Assembly (NCBI GenBank): GCA_050273025.1
Contig: CP158636.1
Coordinates: forward strand, 3,906,001 to 3,970,000
Length of the DNA: 64,000 nucleotides
Source of the DNA: Cenococcum geophilum
Lineage: Eukaryota
Reading direction: 5' to 3'
Shown one piece after another: positions 11,287 to 24,900 of the stretch. The translations under genes and the position numbers were made by a program. Under the pieces are notes generated by a model, which saw only the letters and a list, made by a program, of their open reading frames with translations, did not search any database and was not told the DNA's origin. The stretch's first letter is position 1; each line of letters starts with the position of its first letter.

Positions 11287-13103
11287 ATGGCGTACACGAC
11301 AAATGGCATTGCAATCGTTGTCGTATTGTGCTATACTATAACTCTTCTCACCTATCGCCTAGTCTTTTCTCCGCTCGCGAAGTTCCCCGGGCCTAAAATC
11401 GCAGCTGCAAGTGGCTGGTACGAGTTCTATCACGACTGTTGGAGAAATGGCAAATACATCTTTGAGATCGAAAGGTTGCATAAGATATACGGACCGATTG
11501 TTCGAATCAATCCGTGGGAACTGTCTATACATGACCCGGAATTCTACAAAGAACTATATGTCTCGGGAAGTGTGAGGCGGACAGAGCTATACAGCCACTT
11601 TGCGGAAGGCGTTGATCTAGAAGGTAGGCAGGATACAACTCCTCCGCATTCACGTTGTCTTTCTTGCCTAACATTGAACAGGATCTCACGTTTTGACAAT
11701 CTCGCACGAAGGTCATCGTGCACGCCGTAAACCGCTCGAGCCATATTTTTCACGCCTTGGTATAGCTAAATTGGAACCACTGCTTCACGAGCATGTCGAA
11801 CGGCTTCACGATCGCTTGAACAGATACAAGGATTCCGGAACCGTCCTTCGTCTCGACCACATATTTACGGCGTTTTCGGGAGACGTGGTTCATAACACTT
11901 GCTGTGACGATGAATCAAGATTCTTGGAGGATCCTGAGTTTGCTCCACACCTGTATGTTTCCTTTCCGAGGGAAAAGAAGGCTTTGCGTGCTGAACTTGA
12001 AAGATACAACATGCTCCACACATTCCACAGAGCGTTTCCTCTGTTCATCGGATTTCCGGTTCTAATAAAGTATGGTTAAGACTCTTGACATGGAAACGCT
12101 TTAACATCAAACAGGCTTGCATTTTTGATACCGGAATCAGTCCAAATTCGGCTGAACCCTGGCATCAAAGCTCTCCTTGATGCCAAGAATCTCGCCATCC
12201 AGCATATCCGCTCAACTAAGCAAAAAAAGATCTACGAAGGGGATGCCATTGACTCCACAGCACGGAAATCACTCATACATCATATCCTCAGTAGCTCGCT
12301 ACCCGAGTCTGAAAAGTCGGAAGAGCGACTTACCAAAGAAGTACAAGTTTTGCTCGGTGCTGGCACTGTGACAACGGCTACGACTTTGGCTTTTATCTGC
12401 TACTACATCCTTGCAGACCAAAACATTCGATCAAAATTATGTGAAGAGCTTAATGCCTTCTCTGCAAGTACGCCGGGAAAAGCAGCCAGCTGGGCTGCTT
12501 TAGAGACCCTGCCATTTTTGCAAGCAGTCATCAAAGAAGGCCTCCGGTAGTCATCCCCTCTCGCTGAAGCCGAAATTTCTGGCTAACATATGCCCTTGCT
12601 TACATTCTACACAGTCTGAGCTTTGGTATAATGCACCGACTACCACGATGCTCACCCGATGTCCCGCTGAGATATAAGAGCTTCACCATTCCCCGCGGTA
12701 CACCTGTCGGTATGAGCGCCTACCTCATGCACATAGTTGAAGATGTCTACCCGGAACCATTCTCATTTCGGCCTGAGCGTTGGCTCGGTGATATAGACCC
12801 GCGCATGAATCGCTACCTTGTCCCATTCGCCAGAGGCTCAAGAAGCTGCTTAGGCATGAAGTAAGTACTCTTGAATCTGGATGCTCGGAGGCCTCTACGG
12901 TCTCTGCAAAGGACAACGTTAACGCAAGTAGTTTGGCAATGGCTGAAATCAACCTTGTCATAGCCTCGCTCTTTCAGAATGACGCAGTAGGGATGCGAAT
13001 GGAGCTGTTCAATACAGATGAAAGTGATGTGGAGCAGGCGCATGACTTTATGATTCCAATGCCCAGATTAGATTCAAAAGGGGTCCGCGTCCGAATCTGT
13101 TAG
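11287..13103 (+). CDS. Cytochrome P450 monooxygenase (trichodiene oxygenase/CYP58-clan-like), 507 aa
   Basis: Exons 11287-11623, 11682-11952, 12004-12069, 12115-12546, 12615-12860, 12932-13103 (1524 nt, all GT-AG). N-terminal TM helix, PLAKFPGPK, YGPIVRINPWEL, I-helix AGTVTT, EGLR, PERW, haem motif FARGSRSCLG. Clan assignment is by recalled resemblance only. Confidence 0.95.
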
Positions 13104-13387
13104 TGTGGAATCAACCGATCGCAGAGACGAACATGGAAGAATCCCTTGCTTGATAGCTGCAAGGCATCAAAATTCTTCAAATACCCGAGGCATCCTTGCG
13201 TGATTCAGGATTCTGCTGATTTAGATCGTGAGCGCTGTTGCCTGAACTACTAATTCTTTACAAATTTCAGCCACGATTATTTTCAGCATACATGGGCAAC
13301 CCTAGTTTATACTAGTACTAGTATACTAGGATTACTAGGATTACTAGCCTTGGCGCTAGGCTTGGCACACAAAATCAATGAAGCTTC

Positions 13388-13665
13388 TGTCGATCGGTAG
13401 TCCGTGCACCGATTGTAAGAAAAGAATGATGACTCTGTCTCATTGCAAGAGGTCCTAGAACTTCATTATATACACAAAGTAGATGAAAAGACTGACGTCG
13501 ACACTGACGTTGATACTGACGTCAATTTGAAACTGTTACCCCATAGCCATTTGATCGACATTGAGTATAGGGTAATGGAAGGGTAATAGAAATAGTATGA
13601 AGTCATAAGGTGTAGGTAACTAGAACAGGAATAAGGTAGTCACAAAAACCAGACCTCGATCGACA
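13388..13665. mobile_element. Solo LTR (Copia-related), 278 bp
   Basis: tgtcgatcg...cgatcgaca ends; 5-bp TSD gcttc on both sides; the first 45 bp or so resemble the LTR at 62870. Confidence 0.88.
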
Positions 13666-15902
13666 GCTTCAAACCCCCATATTATCGCAGTCTTGTATAC
13701 AAAGCATGGTGTTGAAGTACTACTAGCTACCAAACCACGGAATCTCATTGATTATCTCATCGGTAAACCTTGGGATAGCCTCATCCTCTGCTGGATCCAT
13801 TACCAACCCCATACCCTCGTCAGTAGATAGTTGAATGAGGCCTTGTTTGATCTAACTACCGACACACTCAATCATCTCAATACTGATAGGATTGAGGCGC
13901 AGTCTGTCCCAACTACAAGTCCTTCGCGCGTCTGAAAAAACCCTCTCTGCTTCTGCAGATTCCGGTGGTATTAAGAGTATAGAGATAGCCATACAACTCA
14001 GCTTTGGATAGCGGCGTCTCTGCTGCGGACGACACTACCATTGGAGCGGTGTCTCATCTTCATCCAGTATCTCAACCTCGCCTTTGTAAAAGGCCTCAAA
14101 ACTATCGTAGTCTACCGGCGTTATGGTGTTTGTAACGCTGACCTCGCTTTTTAACCGATTGAATTCGACAGATTCCCGCTTTCTCTTCTTCGGACGCGGT
14201 GGTAGTAGCTCTGGCATCTCCGGAATCTCATTACCACTTAGTAATACTATGCTCTTGTAGTCCTTTACCTAAATTTGAGTGGCCTTTGCAACCGCTGGCT
14301 TGATCCAGGATGGATGCCAGTTCTTCTTAATGTAGGTAAGGCGCTTTAAAGGATCGAGAAGGAGAGCGGCGGTATAGACAGGGACCTCGTCAGAGCGTTT
14401 GTAATACTTGTCGATAATAAACCATCCTATTTCAATTGAAGTGAGCATTAGATCGTCGCGAGTAGCAAGGGACTTGTATTTCATCTAGTAAAACGTCAGT
14501 AAAGGTACAAAAATAAGATTTAACGGACCTTCTGCTGTTCGTAGTGACGGAGGAGAATATCTATGGTCATAAGAGCAGAGGAGATAGATGATTTATCGCC
14601 CTCGCTGTATAACGTCGCGGCTGCGAATAGTTGTAGAAATAGGTGCGCTTTCTGTAGAAAATCCTAATCTTCGGCAGTCAGATAGTTATCAGGTCCTAGG
14701 TTAGCTTTATTCTCTGTATAGAAGTCTATTATCTTATCCTTTTTCGCCAGAGCCTTAGTAATAAGCAAATACTATAAGCACCACCGCGTCTTGTTGTCTA
14801 GTTCTAGACGTAGATTTACGGTCCTTTGCTATAGCTTTACGCGAATAGAACTGCCTTTGATCCACTTTGTAAGGCTATGAAGTTGTTAAAGTGGTGGTAA
14901 AGCTTCTAGTTGATCAATTTTCTAGTGTTAAGGATCCTGACTATCGCAACTCTGACTACACTCACGTCCGCGGCGATTTGAAGGTGTTGTGAGGATCTTA
15001 GTAAAGCGGTCGAAAAGCTCTTCGCCTGGGATAAGAGATGAGGCATCTAAAGCTGCTTAAAGGGCTTCTTTTGAAGACGCGAGAAGGAAGGCTTAAAGGG
15101 ATAGATTGATGATATGACCAATACAGCGGACGCGGCGTTCTTTGGCGTTGAATTGAATCTAGTAAGTAGACAGTTAGTTAAGGACTTAGAATATAAAGAT
15201 AACCTACCTAGTGGTTTGAAAGAAGGCAAGATTTAAGTACTTCTAAGCATATATCGTTTGAACTCGCGTTATCGCCATCCAATTTTCGATGTAATTTGAT
15301 GCTTCTTAAGAACCTAAAGAATGAGGTTTGCTTAGGCCTTACCTAAGTAATCGTCTGGACATTCAACGAGTCCCAGAAGCGCCTTTTAAAGCCGATATTT
15401 ATAATCAACCTATTAATCGCAGACCCCAAGGAAGGAGTAGTTGTGAGGTGAGGTTTAGAGGTCAGATTAAATATAAATCAGACCATTAGCCTGCGCAAGA
15501 CTAGTTTGAAGCTGTCGAAGGTAAAGGTCGTAATTTAAGGCTATAAGACGAACCGTAGAGTGACGACTAGCAACTAGATAAGACTTAATAGCTGGATTAT
15601 AGGCTAGAGCTAGTTGTCGTAGTACTGGCCACTTAACCGTAGAGAACGCGACTCTGTCTACTATAAGTAATCTAATAATAGCTTCTCGATAAGCTATTGG
15701 ATTGAAGATGCGCTATAGGGCTTTAGTTAATATAGTAGTTTGAAAATAGCTTAGGATTGACTGCTGTTAAATCTCTGGCGAAAAGGATAATAACGGAGTG
15801 ATTGTAGATAATTAAGTCTAAAGGCCTAGAATTAGGATAAAGTATTCGACAATAATATAAGGCGTTATTTCTATATGGAGAAGATTATAGGGGATTTAAA
15901 TA

Positions 15903-18900
15903 ATAATAATTCATTGCTTAACGTCCGATTTGGATCCCTATTAGGCCTACGCAGACTACTCCTTATTTACATATAGGGAGAAAACTCAAATTAAGAAAGA
16001 CTTAACTTAAGAAAACCCTATAATCCATCTCCCTACCTTTTAAGGCTTGCCTATAAGGCGCCTGTAAGGCGCCTACAAGTCACCTATAGTGCTCCTACTA
16101 CCTTACTTTTTAACCTCTTTAGGAACCACTGCTGCCGTAATAAGCCTACGGACGCGCTAGTATTGTATACTTTACTCTACTACTATAGAGTTATTAGGGG
16201 CCGCCCGTTGCTCGCCCCCCCGCCCTCTATTATTATTTCCTTTATAACCTAAAACTGGTTTAGTATATTTTAGCTAATAAGCCACTAGGTAACCACCTTA
16301 AGGCCTTTTTATATTAAGAGTAGTATCTTATAATTCTCTATGCTAGCTACTAAAAGTATTACTTCTTAGTTAGTGCGTAAGGGGCATAATAGTATTATAT
16401 ATTTTAGTATCTGTCTTAGCTAGCTATATTTACATCTTAGGCTACCTACTAAGATACCTACCTAGTAGAGCTAGTCTTTTAGTCCTATTATTCCTATTCT
16501 TAAAAGTGTTACTATTATATTTTCTACCTTTATTAGGCCTTCTTAGAGCCCTAAAGTATTTACCCCCTATAGCGTTAACTATACTACGGCTTAGGTTCCT
16601 CTTACCTTAATTAGCCTTTATACCTTTAACTTTTATATACCTTTTTAGCGTTAGTTTAGCTAATATTATATTACGGTAGATAGTTTCCTAGTATTCTTTT
16701 ATACTCTACTTTAGCTCCTTTTTCTCTCTTACTATTATTCTTACTGGCCTCTTATATATCTTTCTTCCTCCTCTATATAGGCCTAGGCCCTAAAGTAGTA
16801 CTATTTTTCTTCTACTTTCTTTACCTATTTCTCTAATATATCTTCCCTACTTTAGGGTTATTAGTTTATTCTCCTATAAGGCGCCCTAAGGTCCCTCTAT
16901 AGTTTATTTAGGCGTATCTTAATATACTTTATAATATTAGAGTTATATTCCTTTTACGCCCTTTATATTGCAGTGGCTTTAATATATAGTTATAGGGGGG
17001 GAATATTAGCTTCCTTCTTAAGCAGTACTGTAGCCGTTTACTTATATCCGCCTATTATACTCTAAAGGTAGGCTATTTAGACCTTTTAGAGTGGTTTAAG
17101 AAGTAATTTAGGGGGGCCTTTCTTAGATTCTCTAATGGCCCAGATACTAGACCTATATATTATGGTTAGCCGGATAACTACTATATATAGTAGGCGTAAC
17201 CTCTAGAAGTATAAACCCTATATAGAATTAACAATCCTAGATAATGTAATATACTATACTTAGTCCTTATAGGCCGCTTACGCTATATATACGCTCTACT
17301 AGAGCTTACTATCTACCTATACTTCTAATACTCTTAGGCCCTAAACTAGTTAACCCCTAAAGCCTTAGATGTAAATTATATGCTAAAGATCTATAGATTA
17401 GTTGCGTTTTCTTATAAAATAGATTAGCTAGTATTTCTTTAGTAAGAATTAGACTCTATATTGTCTTGCCTATTTTATATAGGTATTATATACTTTTTCT
17501 AGTGTTTTACAATTCTTTACGGCTGTTGGCCTATATATAATTAGGTTTATATTATTAACAAAGCCTATCCCCTAGGTCGCCCCTTTCTTAAAGGAGTTAA
17601 GTAGGTTGCTTATAAAGAAAAGGAAGAGTATAGGCGAGAGGGGTAATTCTTATAGTATTTCTATTATAACTGTAATAGGGGGGATTTAGTATTCGCTAAA
17701 GACTAGTAATATTTCTTTTTAATCTATAAACCCTTAAATAAATTATATAATCTATTCTAGGAAGCCTTTTGCCCTAAAAATATATAGGAGATACTTATGG
17801 AGTATATTGTTATAGACGCCACTAATATTTAGGCTAAGCATTAATACTATAAAGTCCCTTCGCATCGCCTATATAGATTTAATAGTAGTAGTAAGTAGTA
17901 TAAGTACTAATAGTGTTAAGCGGTTCTTTCTTGCCCCTATTTAGCTTTATAGTAGTAAGGTGTATTCCTTAGCCGTATCTACTATATAGTCCGCTATTAC
18001 CCTTTTTAAGATCTTACTTAGGGTATTCTCTAAGGCAATAAGGCGGTAGCTCCCTAGGAATAAGTAGTCTGCTTTACCTTCTTTATATAGGATAAACGTT
18101 ATTATAGCTCTTCTAAGTCTTAAGTAGTAGCCTATTATAAAGTATACTTTAGCTATATCTATAAGCTATAGTACTATTAGTAGTCTGTAGGTCTTTATGG
18201 CTTTATTTAAAATCCTATCTAGTCCTAATACTATATTATTTAAAAGGCGGCTAATAGTTCTGGCCATTTCTTCGGTTATTATATCGCTATTAACCCTTAG
18301 GCGAGTTACCGGTGCTTTACCTATAATATTACTAAGGTCTACTAAAGCTAGTTAAGGGAAAAATCTTTTTATAAGGATCTTTGCCTTCTTATTATTATTG
18401 CTTATAGCTAGTAATTTACCTAGTCTTTATAGGGGCGGAAGGTATAGGTCTTCTACTAAACGTCCCACCTTTCTCTTTACCTATTTTGCTATTTTTTAAA
18501 GACCTTTGTTATAGGGGAGGCTCGGATTAATAGTATGCTTATTTATAAACTATCTCCAGCTATTCCTTATTTCTTTTTTTAGGGTATTTTTTAGCTGGTT
18601 TTTTGTGTCTTTATCCCTTATATAGATAGATTCGTCTATAGAAGGGTGGCCTAAGCTTAACTAATTGAAAAGCTGCGTTCGGGCGTATGTGGTGGTTTTT
18701 TCTTCATCTAACGCGACAATTTAGGATATTGAGTAGGCGGAATAAAGTCCTTATCGTTAGTTGTATGATTTCTAACCATATTGGTGGTTTATTTAATTAA
18801 TGTTCTTTGTTTTATACGCACGGGCTATATCCGCACGTCACCTATCTATACAAGGGATATTATCTCTCGTCTTTAGGATTATAGCTATTTATATATATTT

Positions 18901-21900
18901 TTCTCACTTATTATTAGCTGGCGATAAGAATTGTATATTATACGGACTATGCGTATCGCGTATAGGGGCCCAGTTTTAAGACTAGGTAGTGCTCTTCTAG
19001 CCTATTTTTAATTACTGCCTAAATCCTTTCTAATCTTTAGTTGATTTCCTTAGGGGTAGCTAATAAGCCTTGCTTGTTTAGTATTGGGTGGATTCCTTCT
19101 AGGTCTTAAAGTTATTGTTTAACTATATTAAGGAAGCTGTCTATTTTAAGCTTTCTTATTGCGTATCTTTTGCTATTTAGTTACACCTTAATATTTAGAT
19201 CTAGTTATATCTAGATAGGGATATAGTCTAAGGCGAGTGCCTATTCTTCTTTAGGGTTATACCTTTTAAGTCTCTGGTATAGGCCTTCGTCTATAAACAT
19301 AAGGTTAATTATACTTTTAGTGGTACCTTATTGCTATATAATTGCTCCTAGGGGGGTAGCTAGCTTAAGGCCCCAGGTGTCTATAGCTCTTAATAGGCAC
19401 TCTACCTATTATTTAGTAGTAATATAGATACCCCCCCACCATAGGTGGTAAAGGTTTATATCTCCTAATAGGATAAACTCTATACCTTTAGTTTTTAGTA
19501 AGCTTATTACTAATATAATATTCTCTATTTATAGAACCCCTTTAACCCTAGGGTTATATATATTAATAATCTATACTAGTCCCCTATATATCTAAATTAT
19601 TATAACTATAATATTTAGGTTAACTACCTACTATAACTATAAGGGTAGGCTAATAGCTTTGCTAATTATAAAGTATACGCATATAGCTGCTTTTGGTTTA
19701 TATAGGAGCTAGAATCCTTAGGGGTAGTATATTAATTATATATAAGCATTATAATACGGCTCTTGTATAGTAAGGATATAGTATTTCTTTAGGTTTAGGC
19801 TATCTAGTAAGGGCCTTATAAAATAGTGGTTTATATTGCCGTAGTTATACTATATAATAGATAGGTAGTAAACCCCTAGCAAGGGTCCTTTACCTTTTCT
19901 TTATTTCTCGCTTCTTCTATTTCTACTTTCTCTAAAATATTTAGAACTTCTATCTCTTATATTTATACCCTAGTTATTACTTATTTTATATAGAGCTTTC
20001 TATTTCCGTATCTTATATTTCTACTAGCGCTTCTATATTTAAATCTATTATTATCTCTAGTTCTTCCCCTATTCTTACTAGTTAGCTATATACCCTTTAA
20101 GAGTTAGCTATAAATGTTATATTTACCGCATTAAGTCTAATTCTTAATTATCCTGGTCTTAAGCTTACTATAACTGTCTATAAGGGTTTTCCTATAGGGC
20201 GTCCTCTTCCTTATGTCCCCTATAACCCTTATATCCCTATATAGTCTAGTAATATCGCGCGGCGTCGCTTCTAGCCCATTAAGGCTTAGGATAGCCAGCC
20301 TAGCCCCCTAGTATTAAAGGTAGAAAACGCTAGGAAGGCACCTACGCCCCCCTAGCTTATTGGCTATTATTTCTATTTATATAACCTAGCGTTTAGTTAT
20401 TCCTATAGCTATTAAGCCCTTACCTTCTATCTCCTGTATTTAATGCAGTCTTCTCTCTCCTACGCCTTATATATACTTTAGTAGCAGTTTACGCATTTTA
20501 TTTAGCCTTAATTTAAGTAGTGTCTTATATTGTGGGGGCCTATATAGTAGCCGTAGCATACCTATACTGCGTATATAGATTAGGTATATCCCTATTATAT
20601 ATAGTAATAGTATTATTTTAGGCGGAGTCTATAGTTATAAAGCCTTATATTATATATAAGGCTATTTATAATAATACCTTTTTAGATAAGGAGTTTTTAT
20701 ATTCCTAGTATATATATACTAACAATAAGGGAGCTATGCGTTTAACTAGCGTCTCCCTAGTAAGTTTCTGGCGACCCTTATATTCTTTTATTATTCTTAT
20801 TATATACTTAGTTTACATTTTCCTATTAAAGCTATTAGATTTAGGTAATTTTAAGTCCTAGTATAAGGCGTTCCGTTTATTTTACTATCTTATATATAGT
20901 TGCTATATTATCCACTTAGCGTCCCTTTTCTACCCTTAGGCTTAGGGGAACCACTAGGACTTTAAGTAGGTAATCTTCACAAAGCACTTTTATACTAATA
21001 CGTTCTTCTAGCTATCCTTTACCCTTATAGCTCGTTCCTTTGCCTATTAGTCCCTTAAGGTAACTTTAATATCTCTGCTCCTAAGATATTAGACTATAAT
21101 AGCGTTATAAACCTCTTTATAAATCTTTATAAGGACTTCTATTTCTAATTATCCCCTAAGCCCCTCTACTTTTTCTATATTTAGTTATATTATAATTATA
21201 TACCCAGATATTATCTTTAGGGGGGTAGGTTCCCTATACTATAAAAGCGCAGCTACGGTGGCCTAAGTGCGGTTCGCCGGTAAGGAGGGATTTTATTAGC
21301 GACTTAGTTAATTAAGGCATAGGCACGGCAAAAGGGACGCGCAAGCCTATATAATTGGATTGTTTATAAACAAGAATCTAAAGCTAAAAGAAGAGGAAAG
21401 GAAAAGATAAGTAGTAACGTAAGGAGTTATATACAATCCCTAGTCACGTAAGAGTTATATAAGCTCTGCGTCTACTATAACTGCTACTATAACTACTGCT
21501 TTCTACTAGTGCCGTAACATTACCCCCCCCTCCAAAAAAGCCTGCCCTTAGGCTTTATTGCTAAAAGTCTTAGCAAGAGAATCTAACTAATTAGATAACT
21601 TTAACCGCTGGTTAAAGTTCCTGGATATTTTAAGACCTTACGTAACTAAGAAATTTCTAGGGTGTTTTTGTCCTTATATTCTTCTAGTAGCTTATTATCT
21701 TTATTATACTAACATTCTATCCACTTATCTAGGTACTTTAGCAGTCTAGGTTTATTAGGGTAACGGCTATAAAACTTTTAAAGCTTATAAGGACTACCTA
21801 TAAAGTTCTATATAGGGTACTAAGTAGGGTCTAGGTTATATCCTTTCCAACTAATATAATACTTTAACGTTCCCTTTACAAGTTTATAGGCTAGTATTTC

Positions 21901-24900
21901 TTTAATTTCCCATTTATTATCGCCATTAACTTAAATTAGTAGGGGAGGTTCATTCTTCTGTCCGGGCAATAGGTTATTTATAGCTTTTTATAGCTTATCC
22001 GGTAAGAAGATAGGGTAAACTTTAATTAAGTTTGGGAGCTTAACCTTATATAAGTTGCCTACTTTATTAAAAATCTTATACGGTCCTACTATCTTATAGT
22101 CTAGCTTATAGCTAGGCCGTTTTATCTTCTAGTTCTTTACTATAACCCAGACTATATTACCTATAGTAAAGTTAGGCTCGCGCCTATACTTATTTGCCTA
22201 CTATTCTATTAATTTCTAGGCCTTTTTTAGGTTTGTATAGGCTACTTTCTAGGCTTCTTCTAAGAGCTTAGTGTACTACTAGGCTTCCTTATAAGATAGT
22301 TTTTCGCATATAGTTTAGGGCCCTTTTAGTGTTTCCCAGTTAAAGCTTATATAGGGTAGGTAACCTATTTCTAGTTAAATAGGGGCAAATCTAGTAGAGT
22401 TGTAGGGTAAGGTAGCTTAGGCGTAGTCCATTAAGGGCAATAGTTCGGCCTAGTTATCCTAGAAGTAGTTAATAAAAGGCCGGAGTCTTTAGTCTAAGTA
22501 TTAATTTACAATCTCCGTTTAACCGTCTATCTAAGGGTAGTATGCTATAGAAAGCTTTAGCTTAATACCTAAAATTTAGGTAAACTTATTCCAGAAGACT
22601 AATATAAACTACGGCCTATAGTTAGATATAATAGTATCTAGTAGTCCGTAAATTTAGTAGACGTAGTAAATATACAATTAGGCCACCTCTTTAGCATTAA
22701 TATTCTTATAATAGGGAATTAAAAACGGGCGTTTACTAAAGCGGTTAACTAGAATTATAACTATATTATATCCGTTACGGTCTAGAGGTAGCTTATAAAA
22801 GTCTATAGAGATATATTGCTAGGGGTGGTTAGGTATTAAAAGGGGTTTTAATAATCCTAGGGTCTTATCTCGTGGAATTATAGACCTATAGCAGTTATTA
22901 TAGTTCCGTATATAGCGGTTAATATCTATAATTATTCCGGGCTAGTAATAGCGGTCGCCAATAATCCTACGGGTCTTATTTTTCCTAGGGTAGGCTGTAA
23001 AGACCTAGGTATATACTTTAGTAATAAGCTAAGTCCGTAAGTCCTATTCCTCTACTACCACTAGCCGTTTATAGTACTTAAGCAGTCTACTTTTAAGGGA
23101 CCATAGGCTAGAAACGTTCTTTACCCTTTTATGGTACTCCTATAGAGAAGGGGCCGTATAGTTTACCTACAGTAGTTTATTAATAAGGTTTAGTTTTATA
23201 GAGTTAATAGGGCATATCTTAACATTTAAAGAGTCTATATTTAGTTCTGCCTATATCTAAAAGTTAAGGTGCTCTAGTTATAGTAGCGCTTAGGTCTATA
23301 ATAAGATCTTTACGGCTATCTAGTTATTTATATCCTATTTACGCCTTATAAAAGCGTCCGCACGGTTAATAGCGCCTAGCTTATATATAATTAGGAAGTT
23401 AAACTAAAATAAGGTATCCGCCTAGCGCGCCTATTAGGCCGTAAGGGCCTTTATTATTATGAAATATTCTAAGGCCTTATAATTGGGGGCTACCTAAATA
23501 GACTTAGGGGTGCCTTCTAGTTAGGCTCGCTAGTGCCAAAAGCTAGAGATAATAGCCAGCATTTCTTTATTATAAATCGGGTAGTTTAGCTTAGTATCTA
23601 CTATAGTTTTTAAATAGTAAGTAATAGGGTCCTATTCTCCGTCTATCTACTTTTAGAAGTAAACGCCAGCTATAACACTATCTAAGGCATTAGTTTCTAG
23701 CATTAAGGGCTATTTTAGGTCAAAGTAGGCAAGTAAGGGAGCAAAGACCAGTTATTTCTTAAGCTCGTTAAAGGCCTACCTATATACGGTATTAAAGTAA
23801 AAGGGCCGATCCTTATAGGTAAGTAGGCTTAGCGGCTAGGTAATCCTACTGTAGTTCTTAATAAAGCGTTAGTAGAAGTTATAGAACCCTAAGAATAACT
23901 ACACCCCCTTTACGGTCCTTAGGGGTACCTATTAGTTAATTATAGCCGTCTTTTCTAGGTTTGCCTTAATCCTATTTATACTAATAATAAACCCTAAGTA
24001 CTTTATACGCTTAACACTAAATTCTAACTTCTTAAAGCCGTTATAGGACTTTACAGATATACTCTTTATATTCTAGTTTATTTTTAGAGTAGATTATAAT
24101 ATTATCTAGGTATACTATATAGAAGTCATTAAGGTAGTTAAATAGTACATTATTTATATATCGTTAGTATATAGCCGGTCCGTTAGTCAGTCCAAAAGGT
24201 AGTACTTTATATTTATACGTTTCGTAATAGGTCCAAAATATAATAAGGTCTTTTAATTTAGGGTCTATCCTAATTTAGTAAAAAGCCTAGCGGATATTAA
24301 GCTTTATAAAGATCTTAGCTCTACTTATTTAGGCTAAAGTCCTATTAAGTAAAGGCAGTGGGTAGCGGTCTTTAAGGGTTAAATTATTAAGCTTATAGTA
24401 GTCAATATAGAAACAAAGTCCTCTATTTAGCTTTTTAGTAAAGAGAATAGGTAAATTAAAAGGGGCTTAACTAGGCTTAATAAAGCCCTTATCTAGGTTA
24501 TTAATAAGATACTACTTTATAGCCTATAACTTGGCAATAAATTACTATCGGAGGGGGCTATAATTAAGGGTAACCACTTTATCCGGCTTAATTTTAATCT
24601 TATAGTTATACGGTTAGTAAGGCGGAAGTACATTAGACGCTACTTTAAAGAAGGTGTTTTTAAATTTCTAGTATTAACTAGGCAGTTTTTATTCTACTAG
24701 CTCCTCATCTATAAGCTTACCTTTCTCTTAGGCTAGGGCTTCTTTCTCTTTAATTATTTAATTAATTTTGTATAAGCTAATTATAAAGGTAATAGTATTA
24801 GGATAAACTAGGTTCTAGTAGAATCCTATAGCGTTAATATAGTAAATATTAACTAGTAGGAGGTCTATAGGTTTCTTTATAAATATTTATTGGGCCGTAT

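Noticed and set aside
6795..13043. Opposite-strand ORFs overlapping the synthase and P450 exons
   Set aside because: Shadow ORFs of real coding exons, with no independent motifs.
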